DNA of 63,395 bases, counting the filler. It is 9 parts of 9 records of this genome, joined end to end, with 100 filler letters (N's around TTAATTAATTAA, not from the genome) between each part and the next. Parts side by side here need not be neighbours in the genome. Positions count along the whole stretch, not along the records: positions 27,051 to 36,300 come from SRR31147125_25877; positions 36,401 to 43,695 come from SRR31147125_25903; positions 43,796 to 48,946 come from SRR31147125_25911; 6 more parts are not named here. One strand, 5' to 3'. Of the stretch, positions 35,739 through 46,602 are shown in pieces. A program made the position numbers and the translations under genes. Below the pieces are notes generated by a model that was not told the origin of the DNA, made no database searches, and saw nothing but the letters and a program-made list of their open reading frames with translations. Numbering within the stretch: the stretch's first letter is position 1; each line of letters begins with the position of its first letter.

Positions 35739-36300
35739 CTACTTGACCTTTATTTTCACAATTCCTTTCTTAAGCCCCTTTGCTGCAGCTTCAAAAGTCA
35801 ATTCTCCTGTAGACTTAGATGCTTGTAATATTGTAGTTAACTGACCATTAAAAACATGCATCTGAGGAAGATGAAACAAATCCAGACAAGTGGCATCTCC
35901 ATTCGCAGAAGCTCTGTATTTCCCAGCTCCTTCGGCAGAAAAATTAACCAACCGTTGATCATTCGGACAAAGGTTACCCTCTTTATCAACCACACGAACG
36001 TTAACATACACCAAATCTTTACCATCGGCTACAATTTCAGTTCGATCAGGAACTAACTCCAAATGATGAGGCTTTCCGGCAGTCTGAACCATTTTCTCGG
36101 CAACTGCATTTCCACTTTCATCATAAGCAATCACTTTTACCTCCCCTGGCTCATATACAACATTCATCCACATTAACCGGTATCGGTTTTGCAACTTCTT
36201 CTTGTTTTTCGATTGTTTGCCATAGCTTTTGCCATTCACAAACAATTCAGCAGAAGTATAATTGGTATAAACAAACACAGGAACATTCTCTCCCTCTTTT
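35739..36300 (-). CDS. GH2 glycosidase C-terminal domains, 5' truncated
   Basis: VYTNYTSAELFVNGKS, YEPGEVK, ADGKDL, VVDKEGNLCP, ANGD, FNG. Confidence 0.8.
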
Positions 36301-36400
36301 NNNNNNNNNNNNNNNNNNNNNNNNNNNNNNNNNNNNNNNNNNNNTTAATTAATTAANNNNNNNNNNNNNNNNNNNNNNNNNNNNNNNNNNNNNNNNNNNN
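36301..36400. other. Artificial contig linker
   Basis: N44-TTAATTAATTAA-N44. Confidence 0.98.
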
Positions 36401-36747
36401 GGGGGCTGAAAATGACAGCGATTGACCTGGCAAGATTTGCCTATTTTATGCTGCATAACGGGAACTGGGACGGTCAGCAGATATTGCCTGAAGCATGGGT
36501 GCAGTCTTTTGTGTCCACACCATATTACCAGAATTTGAGGTCAAATCTGGACGGGTACCTTGGAGAGCGCTACCCGAAGGATATGTATCGCATGTTCGGT
36601 TCTGGGGGTAATTTCGTGTTCGTTATTCCGAGTCACGATATGATCGTTGTCCGGACTGGACGTATGGACAATTTCTTCCTCGATCGACTGGAGCATGATT
36701 TTCTCCGGCGGACATTTAATATGCTTCCCGGTTATAGGGTCAACTAG
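36401..36747 (+). CDS. Beta-lactamase-family serine hydrolase, C-terminal part
   Basis: GLKMTAIDLARFAYFMLHNGNWDGQQIL...GSGGNFVFVIPSHDMIVVRTG. Confidence 0.8.
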
Positions 36748-36909
36748 GGTAAGAGCAGGTGGGGGTAAGATTTCTCCCGGGAGCACGGGAGAGCGGAACC
36801 TTACGGTGACATCACTGAGACCGGTGGTTTTCGTGCATGAAGGAACCGGAAGCCCTGAGGGTTGTTAGTAAACCAACCATCAGGGCTTCCCCATGAAATC
36901 ACCGGAATG

Positions 36910-37492
36910 CTAGTTTCCGTGTACCTGCTTTGCGTATGAGGTAAAGTCGATCGGAACGTTGGGGTTCGCTTTCGAATATCCCTTACCCTTGATGTCTTGG
37001 GCCGCCGAAATAGTCCTGACGACCGCTCCTTTGCTGCCGCTGGAAAAGTCATAGACGGTGATGACGCTCGAGCTGTCGCTGTTGGCGATGCCCTCGTGCG
37101 TGTTGAGGAGCATGTACAGGGTTGCGCTCTGGATCGAAGCCGATGCCGGTATCGAGCTCAGGTCAGCGGTGAAGCGACCGTATTTGCCAGAGGTCAGCTT
37201 GACCAGCAGGCCGCCGGACTTGGAGTGCGTGTAGGTTCCGGCGCTGTGGTTGATTACCAGCTGCGCCGAATCGAACCAGATGCCGCAGTCGGCGCAGGTT
37301 TGGGTCGTCTGCTCGAAAAACAGGTCAAAATTGTTTGACCCGGAAGCGGCCGGAGCGCCCTGGGTTTCCGCCGACGCAGTCGCAACGTCTCCGGTCCCTC
37401 CGGTGGTGCCGCCATCGTCGTCATCACTGCACGAAACAGTCAGGAAGCAGGCTGCCAATACAAGAAGTAACATATGGATTTTTTTCACGATC
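36910..37492 (-). CDS. Lipoprotein with G/T/S linker and DNRLRE-like beta domain
   Basis: KKIHMLLLVLAACFLTVSC lipobox, DDDDGGTTGG linker, DLSSIPASASIQSATLY...IDFTSY. Start position approximate. Confidence 0.55.
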
Positions 37493-37599
37493 ACTCTCCC
37501 ACGAATATGATACGGTGAACCCGGCTTGCATCGTTGCGATTCGAGCCGAAAATAAAATTGCGTCACTATACCACAACTGTCACTCAAGTCCAGTTATCT

Positions 37600-38784
37600 T
37601 TAATCCCGAAGGAGTGAACGGGGGGATCCCTGAGAGGAAGAAGCGGGTCTGGCAAATCGAGCCCGGGAATAGGTCTTTATCCAGCGCCATATGTTTCGCG
37701 GGTGTTCGAACAGCAACGCGTTGCAATAGGGGAGTCTGCCGGTACGACTGTAGTAGACCTGCAGCCACCAGGAAGAGGGGAACGCGGTTTCCATCATGAG
37801 CCTCGGCAATGTGCCGAGTGGTGCATCTTTGATTTTCTCCAGCGGCCAGCCCCGGTACGGACGCGGTGGGCGGCGTGGGGGCCTGGTTGTATCGAGTTGC
37901 AACTCTTCAGCCAGCGCATCCTCCCATGGTGTAATGAAGTGGAGTTGAGAGAGGACGGCTTTGCATTGCGGGAAAATGATCTCAACCCGTTCCCAGTCGA
38001 TCCGTCTGCAACAGCATTCGGTCAGGCTCACCAGATCTGCCACATGAATGAGCCGCAAGGGTTCATAGGTCAGAGGAGCTTTGATCCCGTGAAGATACAG
38101 GTAGTACAGGTTGGCCTCGAAGTATATCGTGTCCGCCTGTGTTCCATTGATGGAGAAAGGCAACAGCTCGTGACTGAAACTGTCGAAGGTCCACACCGGA
38201 TACGGCGCCTGCCTGGGGAGGAGTTCGTGGTGAATCTCGATAGTGACCGGTAGTCCGTTGACGGTCTTGTGCAGCGGCGGAAGATGGTAATAATCGTCTG
38301 CTATCTGGTGGGGGGCCGTGGTAAAACCGTAATCGGCCAGGATTGAGCACGCGGGATCCAAGTCCTGTGTGCGGACGAGGATGTCGATATCACGCATCGG
38401 GCGGAGCCCCGCTTCCTCGTAAACGGTGTTGGCCAGGGCGATCCCCTTGACGAGCAGTACATGAATACCTTCCGCATTCAAGGTTTCCAGAATTTCGGCC
38501 ATCACCCGGTTGCGTATCCGGTTCGCATGTCTGCTCCGCTGGTAGAGCGAGCGGAGAATCCGGTGATGCTCCGGAGGCAACTCCAGGTCGATCGCGGCAA
38601 GGTGGGTGTTGAGAAGAGGGGCGACTCCCTGCCTTTCTGCGTGATGGATCAACGTGCTCAGACAGAGGTCGCGGTCGATGTAGGTTTCGACCTCCTGGCG
38701 GAGCATCTCGTACATGGCCCGGTGACCACGGGCGCGTGCACACAGCCCGAGAATGGTGCGGATTTTCTCCTGCTGGCCTACCAT
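37600..38784 (-). CDS. Nucleotidyltransferase family protein (NTP_transf_5 type)
   Basis: LLVKGIALA...YEEAGLRPMRDIDILV...IEIHHEL. The likely start MVGQQEK at 38784 overlaps the kinase stop. Confidence 0.85.
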   Translation of the reverse strand: MVGQQEKIRTILGLCARARGHRAMYEMLRQEVETYIDRDLCLSTLIHHAERQGVAPLLNTHLAAIDLELPPEHHRILRSLYQRSRHANRIRNRVMAEILETLNAEGIHVLLVKGIALANTVYEEAGLRPMRDIDILVRTQDLDPACSILADYGFTTAPHQIADDYYHLPPLHKTVNGLPVTIEIHHELLPRQAPYPVWTFDSFSHELLPFSINGTQADTIYFEANLYYLYLHGIKAPLTYEPLRLIHVADLVSLTECCCRRIDWERVEIIFPQCKAVLSQLHFITPWEDALAEELQLDTTRPPRRPPRPYRGWPLEKIKDAPLGTLPRLMMETAFPSSWWLQVYYSRTGRLPYCNALLFEHPRNIWRWIKTYSRARFARPASSSQGSPRSLLRD

Positions 38785-39629
38785 GGAATGACTGGAGCGA
38801 GGATGTCGACGAGGCTTGATCCCGAGTCCCGGAATGAGCTGTAGTGGAGGCGGAAGGCGGTGGTTGATGCGGCAAGTTTGACAATCAGTTCGAAACCGTG
38901 GTGCTCGAGGTTGCGCGCATTGACGTGGCACCCCATCAACAGTGTCGTGGTGCGTGCGGTACTGATGGCTTCGATGCGGTTCGGAGAATCTACCTCGAAA
39001 TGCGGAAACAAGATAATGTCCGGGGGGCTGGATTGTGGATTGAACTCGGGATTGAGCAGGCGGTGGGGGAGTAATGCCCCGTTGTGATCTGACAGTATGG
39101 CCGGATCGCGTGGATCCGCGATCAGTTGTGGCAGCAGCGGCAGGGAGCCGTTTTTCAGGCAGACCGGCCGGTTGAAGTAGGAAAGTCGAGGGGGATCCCC
39201 GGCGGAAATGAAAATCAGCTCGTCGCTCAAATACGAACAGCCTTGTGCGGTTAACCAGGCGGTCAGGGAGCTTTTCCCGGACCCGCTGATGCCGGGCAGG
39301 AGTATTACCCGGTCGTTGCGAACCACCGCGCCGGCGTGCAGCGCGACACCGCCGTCAGCCTTGTTGAGCAGGTGGAAAATGACAATGTCGTATAGTCGGG
39401 CGGCGAATTCGACATCGAGGGCTCCCCGGTGAATAATCCGATCTGTATCTGCGAGTACGAAATGATTGCGATCTGATGACCGGCTCAATGAAAGGGTGAT
39501 TGCTCCTTTGCTGTCTCTATCGTCGGTTGCGAGGTCGCCGAACAGGTGAGAAAGAAACTCGGTCGTCAGGTCATCACTGGAGGCTATGGAGACGGCGGAA
39601 TCTGCAAAGCGTATCGAAAAATATTGCAT
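38778..39629 (-). CDS. HprK-related P-loop kinase
   Basis: LHAGAV, Walker A GISGSGKSS, YLSDE. Confidence 0.8.
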   Translation of the reverse strand: MQYFSIRFADSAVSIASSDDLTTEFLSHLFGDLATDDRDSKGAITLSLSRSSDRNHFVLADTDRIIHRGALDVEFAARLYDIVIFHLLNKADGGVALHAGAVVRNDRVILLPGISGSGKSSLTAWLTAQGCSYLSDELIFISAGDPPRLSYFNRPVCLKNGSLPLLPQLIADPRDPAILSDHNGALLPHRLLNPEFNPQSSPPDIILFPHFEVDSPNRIEAISTARTTTLLMGCHVNARNLEHHGFELIVKLAASTTAFRLHYSSFRDSGSSLVDILAPVIPW

Positions 39630-39657
39630 TGAATGTCTGTGAATAGCGGTGGAACGG

Positions 39658-39951
39658 CTATTTCAGCAGGCCGATTTGATTTTCGACCAGTTTGAGAACC
39701 ACATCCTTCACGTCGGCTTCTATCTGCTCACCGCTCTCGGGGTAGATCTCCGTCAATATGGAGATAATGTCGGCCACCGATCGCCTGCCGTCGCACAACT
39801 CCCATATCAGCGCACCTGTCTCGTTCAGGTAGACCGACGTGGTGAGGGTCGGGTGGTAGACGGTGATCTCGCCATCGAACCGTTCGATGAAATAGTCGTC
39901 ATTAATGTGTATGACCTTGTCAATATCCATTGGCAATTTCCCCGGCATCAA
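39658..39951 (-). CDS. PqqD-family (RiPP recognition element) protein
   Basis: YLNETGALIWELCDGRRSVADIISIL...IEADVKDVVLKL; alternative start at 39930. Confidence 0.9.
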   Translation of the reverse strand: MMPGKLPMDIDKVIHINDDYFIERFDGEITVYHPTLTTSVYLNETGALIWELCDGRRSVADIISILTEIYPESGEQIEADVKDVVLKLVENQIGLLK

Positions 39952-40168
39952 TTATTCCACCGTGCTAAGCTAGATTGAAAAGTTGTTTCCTTCAACAAAA
40001 AAATTACCAGGGTACCAGTCGAATTGTGTTCCGAACATCCGGAGCTACGTGGTCCCTGCAGGAATACTCATTCAATTATAATGCTGCTAAGGTTGCCATG
40101 CGCCCCCGAGTCTTGTAATGATGGTCGGGCTGTCCCCATAATTCACTCTTGACTTCAATGGACCTTTC

Positions 40169-41355
40169 ATGGCGCCGGGTTTTCTCAAACAGATTCTGCT
40201 CATCACCCTTTTCAGGCTGCTGATCAATACCGGCCGGCGGTTTGTCTACCCGTTCGCCCCTGCGCTGAGCAGGTCACTGGATGTTCCTCTTACGGCGATA
40301 ACCACAATCATCGCCACGGGACAGTTCACATCGCTGCTGGGAATTTTTACCGGCCCGCTGGCCGATCGTTTCGGCTACCGGATAATGATGCGGTCCGGGC
40401 TGGCGGTTCTCGCGCTCGGGATGCTGATTTGCGGCCTGGTCCCGCTCTATTGGCCGGTGTTTGCCGGGCTGGTTATCGCGAGCTTCGGTAAGACGCTGTT
40501 CGACCCGGCCATTCAGGCCTTTGTTGGCAACAAGGTTCCGTTCGCGAAGCGGGACGGGTTGTCGGGCTGATCGAGACGGCCTGGGCGGGAAGCACATTGA
40601 TCGGTATTCCCGCACTGGCGCTGATCATCGACCATGTCGGTCTGCGCAATTCGTTTTATCTCGTAGCGGTGCTGGCGGGACTCAGCTGGCTCGTGATGGG
40701 CTGGGTGATACAGAAAGATACCGTGCTGCCGGCTGCGGACAGGCAGAAACTCAGTTTCTGGTCTTCCATGAAACAACTGATCAGGATCCGGCCGGCAGCG
40801 GGAATGCTGGCCTTTGGATTCTGGATTTCAGTTGCCAATGATGCGTTGTTCGTCGTGTACGGTGCGTGGTTCGAGCACGCCTTTGCCGTCAGTATCGTTA
40901 CACTGGGGTTCAGTACTGTTGCGATCGGGAGTGCCGAGTTGTTGGGAGAGTCGATGACTGCCCTGTTCTCCGATAAAATCGGACAAAAACGGGCGGTAAT
41001 AATCGGGTTACTGTTATCGACGGGCGCCTATTTCCTGCTGCCTTTTGTCGGGTTCAACCTGGGGATGGCGATGCTCGGGCTGTTCCTGGTCTTTATTTCG
41101 TTTGAGTTCACCATCGTCAGCAGCTTCTCGCTGGCCACAGAGGTGATTCCCGCCGCCCGTGCCACCATGATGGCGGGATTCTATGCAACTGCGGGGCTTG
41201 GCCGGATGTTCGGGGTGCTGATTGCCGGTTTTGTGTGGGATTGGGGCGGCATTGTCGGCATTGCCGTGCTGTCGGCTCTGTTTACCGTTCTGGGCTTGCT
41301 CTCCCTGTTGTGGGGATTGCACGGATGGTCCCCGCAGAACAGCGGGGAGCGTTAG
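40169..41355 (+). CDS. MFS transporter, frameshift near 40555
   Basis: GPLADRFGYR and FSDKIGQKR motif A copies; many transmembrane helices over two ORFs. Confidence 0.85.
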
Positions 41356-41392
41356 CGGCGGCCGGCTCTTCAGTCCGGATGGCTGGCGGAAC

Positions 41393-41722
41393 TTACGCGT
41401 GAGAGTTCGTCTGATAGAATATCGGGGCGAGGATCAGCCACTCGAATTTCTCGCTGAATTCCACTGCGGCCCCGTCTTGCTCATTTCTTGTGACAACGCC
41501 TGAAAGGTTGTCAACAACGAGTCTGCTGTGCGTGCCTTCGAGCACTATTTCTATTTTGTAGATTTTTGTCAGGTCCGGCTTTGCCGCGGTTTCGAAGAAA
41601 AAACCATCCACGCTGAGGTTTCGCAGTGTGCCTTCATGCCGATCGGTATCATTGATCAGGTAACATGCCGCCCTGGACAGATCCATCATCCGGAAGGACT
41701 CTCGTCGGTCTTCAGAAGTCAT
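41393..41722 (-). CDS. PilZ-domain c-di-GMP receptor
   Basis: RRESFR (RxxxR) and NLSVDG (D/NxSxxG). Confidence 0.85.
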   Translation of the reverse strand: MTSEDRRESFRMMDLSRAACYLINDTDRHEGTLRNLSVDGFFFETAAKPDLTKIYKIEIVLEGTHSRLVVDNLSGVVTRNEQDGAAVEFSEKFEWLILAPIFYQTNSHA

Positions 41723-41858
41723 AATCGCTCTCTTTCACAGGTTTGTTCGTCAGTATACAGACGATATAGACCAATGCTGGAAAGTCAAGAACCGTCGTGA
41801 TGAGAGAGCCACTGGAGGCGGCTCGCAGGCATGTGATAAAGAAAACTCCGTTCCAGTA

Positions 41859-42554
41859 TCAGCCTTGCAACTGTGCGATCTTTTTCTCGGCCGCCTTCAG
41901 CTTTACGTTGGCTTCGGCTGCAGCTTCAAAATTGTCTTCAGCTGCCTGAATGGCCTCTTCTTTTGCCTCTTCGGCGTGGGTTATTTTCTGGATGGAAGAC
42001 TGAACCACTTCATCCATCTGTGCGGCAAAATCTTTCTCGACAGAAGCCAGTTTTCGCTCTTTCTCCTCGAGCTGAGCCTTGAGTGCCGCAACCTCTTCCT
42101 GGAGTTTCGCATCACCTGAAGCGGTGGATTCCAGTTCTTGGCGTGAGCGTTCAACGAGCTGCGCCACACTCTTGTCACGCTGCTCCTCTGCCTGCCGGAG
42201 CTGTTCTCTGACCGCGCTGAGTTCTGTCTCGAGCTTATCAAATCCGTCTGCCTGCCCGGTCTGAAAAGTCTTGAGGTCCTCGAGTTCTTCGCTCAGCTGA
42301 GTATTCTGCTCGTTTGATTTTTCAAGTTCGCGGGAGAGCCCCTCCACCCTGCTTTGCAATTCTTTTTCACGTACGACCCTTTCACGCTCGATATCGAGAA
42401 GTTCTCGTTCTTTACTGTCGAGTTGACTCTTCAAGGTGTCGCGTTCATCCTTATATTTTTTTGCATTGCCCGCTTTCTTCTGTAACAGTATGACGGAGAT
42501 ACCCGCAACGATGACCGCGGTTCCGATGATCAGCCACAATACCATGTTATCCAT
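41859..42554 (-). CDS. Membrane-anchored coiled-coil protein, unknown function
   Basis: N-terminal TM helix followed by E/K/Q-rich heptads. Confidence 0.7.
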   Translation of the reverse strand: MDNMVLWLIIGTAVIVAGISVILLQKKAGNAKKYKDERDTLKSQLDSKERELLDIERERVVREKELQSRVEGLSRELEKSNEQNTQLSEELEDLKTFQTGQADGFDKLETELSAVREQLRQAEEQRDKSVAQLVERSRQELESTASGDAKLQEEVAALKAQLEEKERKLASVEKDFAAQMDEVVQSSIQKITHAEEAKEEAIQAAEDNFEAAAEANVKLKAAEKKIAQLQG

Positions 42555-42876
42555 ATGCTTTTCCTGTCTGACGGAGGTTGGTCCGAGGGGAATATGTTTC
42601 AGCCCGCCGGCTGTCTGATGATACCGTTCTCGTTTAACGATACTTCGTTATAGCTCAGCTTACCCTGGAAATTCAAGTAAAGTCTTGAAATAACTTGTGA
42701 CCGGCTTGAGAGCAGCGCTTACCGGCCCCGCTCCAAATTCGCGAGTTGACAAAATCCGCCAGACCAGGAGACTGAATTTTTGCCGCGTTTTGTGCGAAAA
42801 GCATTCTGTCCTCAAGGTGGAATCACAGAAAAGAAATCCAGCTATAATTTCTTTTGTAAATCATGAACGAGCGGGC

Positions 42877-43620
42877 TCAGTCATTGACCACCCAACGGCA
42901 GACATGGTGTTCGACCCGGTCAAGGATCAGATAGAGAAGGAAACCGAGCATCCCCATACAGGAGATGCCGCTGTAGAGGGCGACGTAGTCGGCCCGTCCC
43001 CATGAGTCCATGATGATGTAACCGAGCCCGGTGGTGGTCGCGAACGATTCGGCGAAAAACAGAATGGCCACTGATGTCCCGACCGATATTCTCATGGCGG
43101 TGAGAATCTTCGGCAGTGTCGCCGGGAGGATGACGTGGCGGTAGATCTGGACCCGGGTGGCCCCCAGGGTTTTCATCGAATAATAATAATTGCGGTGAAT
43201 ATTTTTGGCACCGTCGCGCGTGGTGACGAGAATCTGGAAGAAGACGATCAGCGCAATGAGAAATATCTTGGAGAAGTTACCGATACCGAAGAGGATGATG
43301 ATCAACGGCAGCAGCACCACATGCGGGATAGGATAGAGCAGATAGATAAACGGTGACACCCGTTTATGCAGGCTTTTCTCGGCTCCGATTACCAGGCCGA
43401 GCGGCACCGCGGCCCCGAGTGCCAGAAAAATGCCGGCCAGTGCCCTGAACGTGCTCACCGCCAGGTCGTCCAGCAGACTTCCGTCGGCGAGTTTCGAGAA
43501 GAGATCGCCACCGACGGTCACAGGCCGGGGGAGGGCCATTGAATCAAGCAGCAGCGCAGAGATCTCCCAGAAGAGCAGCAGGATCAGTGCGGCAACAACG
43601 ATGTCACGCTTCCTGCCCAT
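42877..43620 (-). CDS. NitT/TauT-family ABC permease
   Basis: YPIPHVVLLP...FGIG, TLGATRVQIYRHVILPATLP, AES...GLGY. Confidence 0.9.
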   Translation of the reverse strand: MGRKRDIVVAALILLLFWEISALLLDSMALPRPVTVGGDLFSKLADGSLLDDLAVSTFRALAGIFLALGAAVPLGLVIGAEKSLHKRVSPFIYLLYPIPHVVLLPLIIILFGIGNFSKIFLIALIVFFQILVTTRDGAKNIHRNYYYSMKTLGATRVQIYRHVILPATLPKILTAMRISVGTSVAILFFAESFATTTGLGYIIMDSWGRADYVALYSGISCMGMLGFLLYLILDRVEHHVCRWVVND

Positions 43621-43695
43621 TGAGTTCCCCTTTCAGAAGTTCCCGGATGCGGGTGCATTGCTCGAAAAAGAGGGTGCTCTGGCGATAGCTGATCT
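43604..43695 (-). CDS. C-terminal end of the cognate ABC ATPase
   Basis: ISYRQSTLFFEQCTRIRELLKGELNGQEA*, overlapping the permease start. Confidence 0.5.
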
Positions 43696-43795
43696 NNNNN
43701 NNNNNNNNNNNNNNNNNNNNNNNNNNNNNNNNNNNNNNNTTAATTAATTAANNNNNNNNNNNNNNNNNNNNNNNNNNNNNNNNNNNNNNNNNNNN
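43696..43795. other. Artificial contig linker
   Basis: N44-TTAATTAATTAA-N44. Confidence 0.98.
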
Positions 43796-45495
43796 CCCGG
43801 TACAGGCAAGGCAGGCTGCTGAAAAAGCCCTGGCCCTCTGCCTGGATCTGGAAAAAAACGCCAGCCCGGAGTATTCCCGTATCATCAGGGCCAGGGCCGG
43901 AACCGCCATGGCCAATGTGGAAAGTAAAGATGAAAAATTTGACAGGGCCGAGGCCCTTTTTACTCAGGTTTTAGACACGAGTCCCGGGTTTGTTCCCGCC
44001 CTCCAGGGGCTGGCCCAGCAATACATGATCCAGGGCAAAATTGACCAGGCCCTGGCACTCAAAACAAAGATTGAAACAATAGATCCGTTAAAGGCCCCTG
44101 CTGCCCTGGCCGATGTAGAGAGCCTGCCTGAAGATGAGGCAACCCTCAAAAAACTGGAAACCGCCGCCCGCATCCCCAGCCTGGAGGGGAAGGTAAAGTC
44201 AGGCTTCCTCTTCAAGCTGGCAGGGGCATATGACAAAAAGGGGAAATTTAACAAGGCCTTTGAATTGGCCCGGCAGGCCAATGAGGCCGGTAAAAATTTC
44301 TCACCTATGATCCCAAAGCCCACCGCAACCATTGCTTCAGGATACGCCAGCGCTTCTCCCGGGCCCTGTTCGACCACCGCAGGGAATGCGGACTTGACAC
44401 CACTTTGCCTGTCTATGTCCTGGGCATGCCCAGATCCGGTACCACCCTTGTGGAGCAAATCATTGCCGGGCACAGCCGGATCTTCGGGGCCGGAGAACTG
44501 GGGATCATCCCCCAGCGGGTCCAGGGATTGAACCGATGGGAACGCCATGTGGGCTCGGGGCGAAAATATCCCGATTGCGTGGATGATCTGACCCCCTATA
44601 TTTCCAGGGGCATTGCCCAAGGTATCCTGGACGAGTTAAAGGCCCTGGGACCAGGGGCGGCCCATGTGGTAGACAAGCTCCCCCACAATTTTGAACACAT
44701 CGGGTTCATCAAGCTGCTCTTTCCAAAGGCAAAAATCATCTCCCTGCGCAGGGAGCCCAGAGACATCGCCATATCCAATTATTTCACAGATTACATGGCC
44801 AGGCACGGGGGCATGGGCTTTGCCTACAGCCTTGGGGATATCGGGGAGCAGCTGGCCGATCACAACCGGCTCATGGCCCATTGGCAGGCCCTTTTTCCAG
44901 GGGAAATTCTGGAGATCCGGTATGAAGACCTGGTGGACGACCTTGAAGGGACGACCAAAAAAATTCTGAACTATATCGGGGTGGACTGGGACCCCCGGAT
45001 TCTGAACTTCAACACCCTAAAGCGGCCGGTAAAGACCGCATCCCTCCTCCAGGTTCGACAGCCCTTGTACAAGACATCCAAGAACCGGTGGGTGAATTAC
45101 AAGGCCCATCTGGCCCCCTGATACAAGGGACCAACGCCCCCATCCTCCCGGATCCTGTGACCGACATGATCACCCTGCCGGTCCCGGGACTGCTCCAGGA
45201 GGGGGTGGCCCGGTTCAAGGCAGGCGATCTTGACGGCGGGGAGCGCTGCTTTAAGAAGATGCGTCATCACAACCCCGGCCACGCCGCCGCCACCTATATG
45301 GAGGGATTGACCTATTGCAGGAAAGGGCATCTGGAAGAAGGGGCCGATCTCATGGCCCATGCCCTTGAAAAGGCCCCCTGGCACAAGGAGTGGCGGCAAA
45401 ATCTGATCACGGCATACGAGAATCTGGGCAAGACCGATGCTGCCCATGCCCTTCGCCGGGAGTCCCCCCAAATACCGGAAGGCGGGACAAATTAA
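43796..45495 (+). CDS. TPR-repeat sulfotransferase (PAPS-dependent), 5' truncated, frameshifts near 44295 and 45115
   Basis: TPR helices; 5'PSB VYVLGMPRSGTTLVEQI, VDKLPHNF, 3'PB RREPRDIAISNY, YEDLV, VKTASLLQVRQP; C-terminal TPRs in 45088..45495. Confidence 0.85.
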
Positions 45496-45548
45496 AAAAC
45501 AGGATACCCCAGTATAATCACAATTAACCCAATCAAAAGGAGGTTCAC

Positions 45549-46052
45549 GTGTCACAACCATTTATCGGTGAAATCCGCATGGCCGGATTCAGCTTTGACC
45601 CGAAAAACTGGGAATATTGCAACGGCCAGATGCTAAGCGTCAATGACTATCCGGAGTTATATACCCTCATCGGAACCACCTACGGCGGAAACGGAATGTC
45701 AACCTTTGCATTGCCGGACCTGCGAGGCCGGGTGCCCGTGCACCAGGGAGGCAGCTATTCTTCAGGGAGTTTCGGAGGCGTTGAAGTGGTCACCCTCAGC
45801 CAGAATACCATGCCCGAACACGGGCATCTGCTCAAAGCCTCCGAATCCCAGGCCCAAGAAACCAGCCCTGAAGGCCATGCCTTTGCAAGTACTGAAACCC
45901 CGATCTATACCAATCAGGCCCCGGACACGGCCATGTATCCCAATTCAGTTTCCCAGACCGGCGGCAGCCGGTGGCACGACAATATGCAGCCCTTTGAGAC
46001 CATTAATTTCATCATTGCCACAAGAGGCCTATGGCCCGAGAAAAACGCATAA
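45549..46052 (+). CDS. Phage tail-collar domain protein 1 (MdpB/microcystin-dependent type)
   Basis: FIGEIRM...CNGQML...LIGTTYGGNG..TFALPDLRGRVP...MPEHGH...HDNMQPF..INFIIA. Confidence 0.92.
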   Translation: MSQPFIGEIRMAGFSFDPKNWEYCNGQMLSVNDYPELYTLIGTTYGGNGMSTFALPDLRGRVPVHQGGSYSSGSFGGVEVVTLSQNTMPEHGHLLKASESQAQETSPEGHAFASTETPIYTNQAPDTAMYPNSVSQTGGSRWHDNMQPFETINFIIATRGLWPEKNA

Positions 46053-46064
46053 AAGGAGAAAACA

Positions 46065-46592
46065 ATGGCAGACCAATTTTTAGGTGAAATACGCATATTT
46101 TCAGGCAATTATGCCCCCATGGACTGGCTGTTATGCAATGGGGCAATTCTCCCTGTTTCCCAGTATTCAGCGCTTTTCTCGCTTCTTGGGACCTATTATG
46201 GAGGGGACGGCAACACCACATTCAAGCTGCCGGATTTTCGAGGCAGAATTCCCATTCACCAAGGGCAGGGTCCGGGACTTAGCAACCGGACTATGGGTCA
46301 AAAGGGCGGAGAAGAAGATGTCTCTCTTACGGTTCAACAACTCCCCGGCCACGGCCATGTACTCATGGGAAAGGGGGCGGATGCTGAGGCGGCCTCCCCC
46401 CAGGGCAACAGCTTTGCCAATACCATTGACGACCACTATTTATACAGGGACGCGGCCGATGCGGCAATGACGGCCCTGGTCGATAATACCCTTGAAGAGG
46501 CCGGAAGCGGTGAGGCCCATTCCAATATCATGCCCTACACGGTCATTAACTTTATCATTGCCTACAATGGTGTTTATCCGACAAGGAAATAG
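46065..46592 (+). CDS. Phage tail-collar domain protein 2
   Basis: FLGEIRIF...CNG...LLGTYYGGDG.TTFKLPDFRGR...LPGHGH...HSNIMPY. Confidence 0.92.
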   Translation: MADQFLGEIRIFSGNYAPMDWLLCNGAILPVSQYSALFSLLGTYYGGDGNTTFKLPDFRGRIPIHQGQGPGLSNRTMGQKGGEEDVSLTVQQLPGHGHVLMGKGADAEAASPQGNSFANTIDDHYLYRDAADAAMTALVDNTLEEAGSGEAHSNIMPYTVINFIIAYNGVYPTRK

Positions 46593-46602
46593 GAGGCCTG
46601 CC

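Noticed and set aside
37600-40168. Lasso peptide gene cluster
   Set aside because: No asparagine-synthetase-like cyclase, no B2 protease and no precursor with a YxxP leader motif in the fragment.
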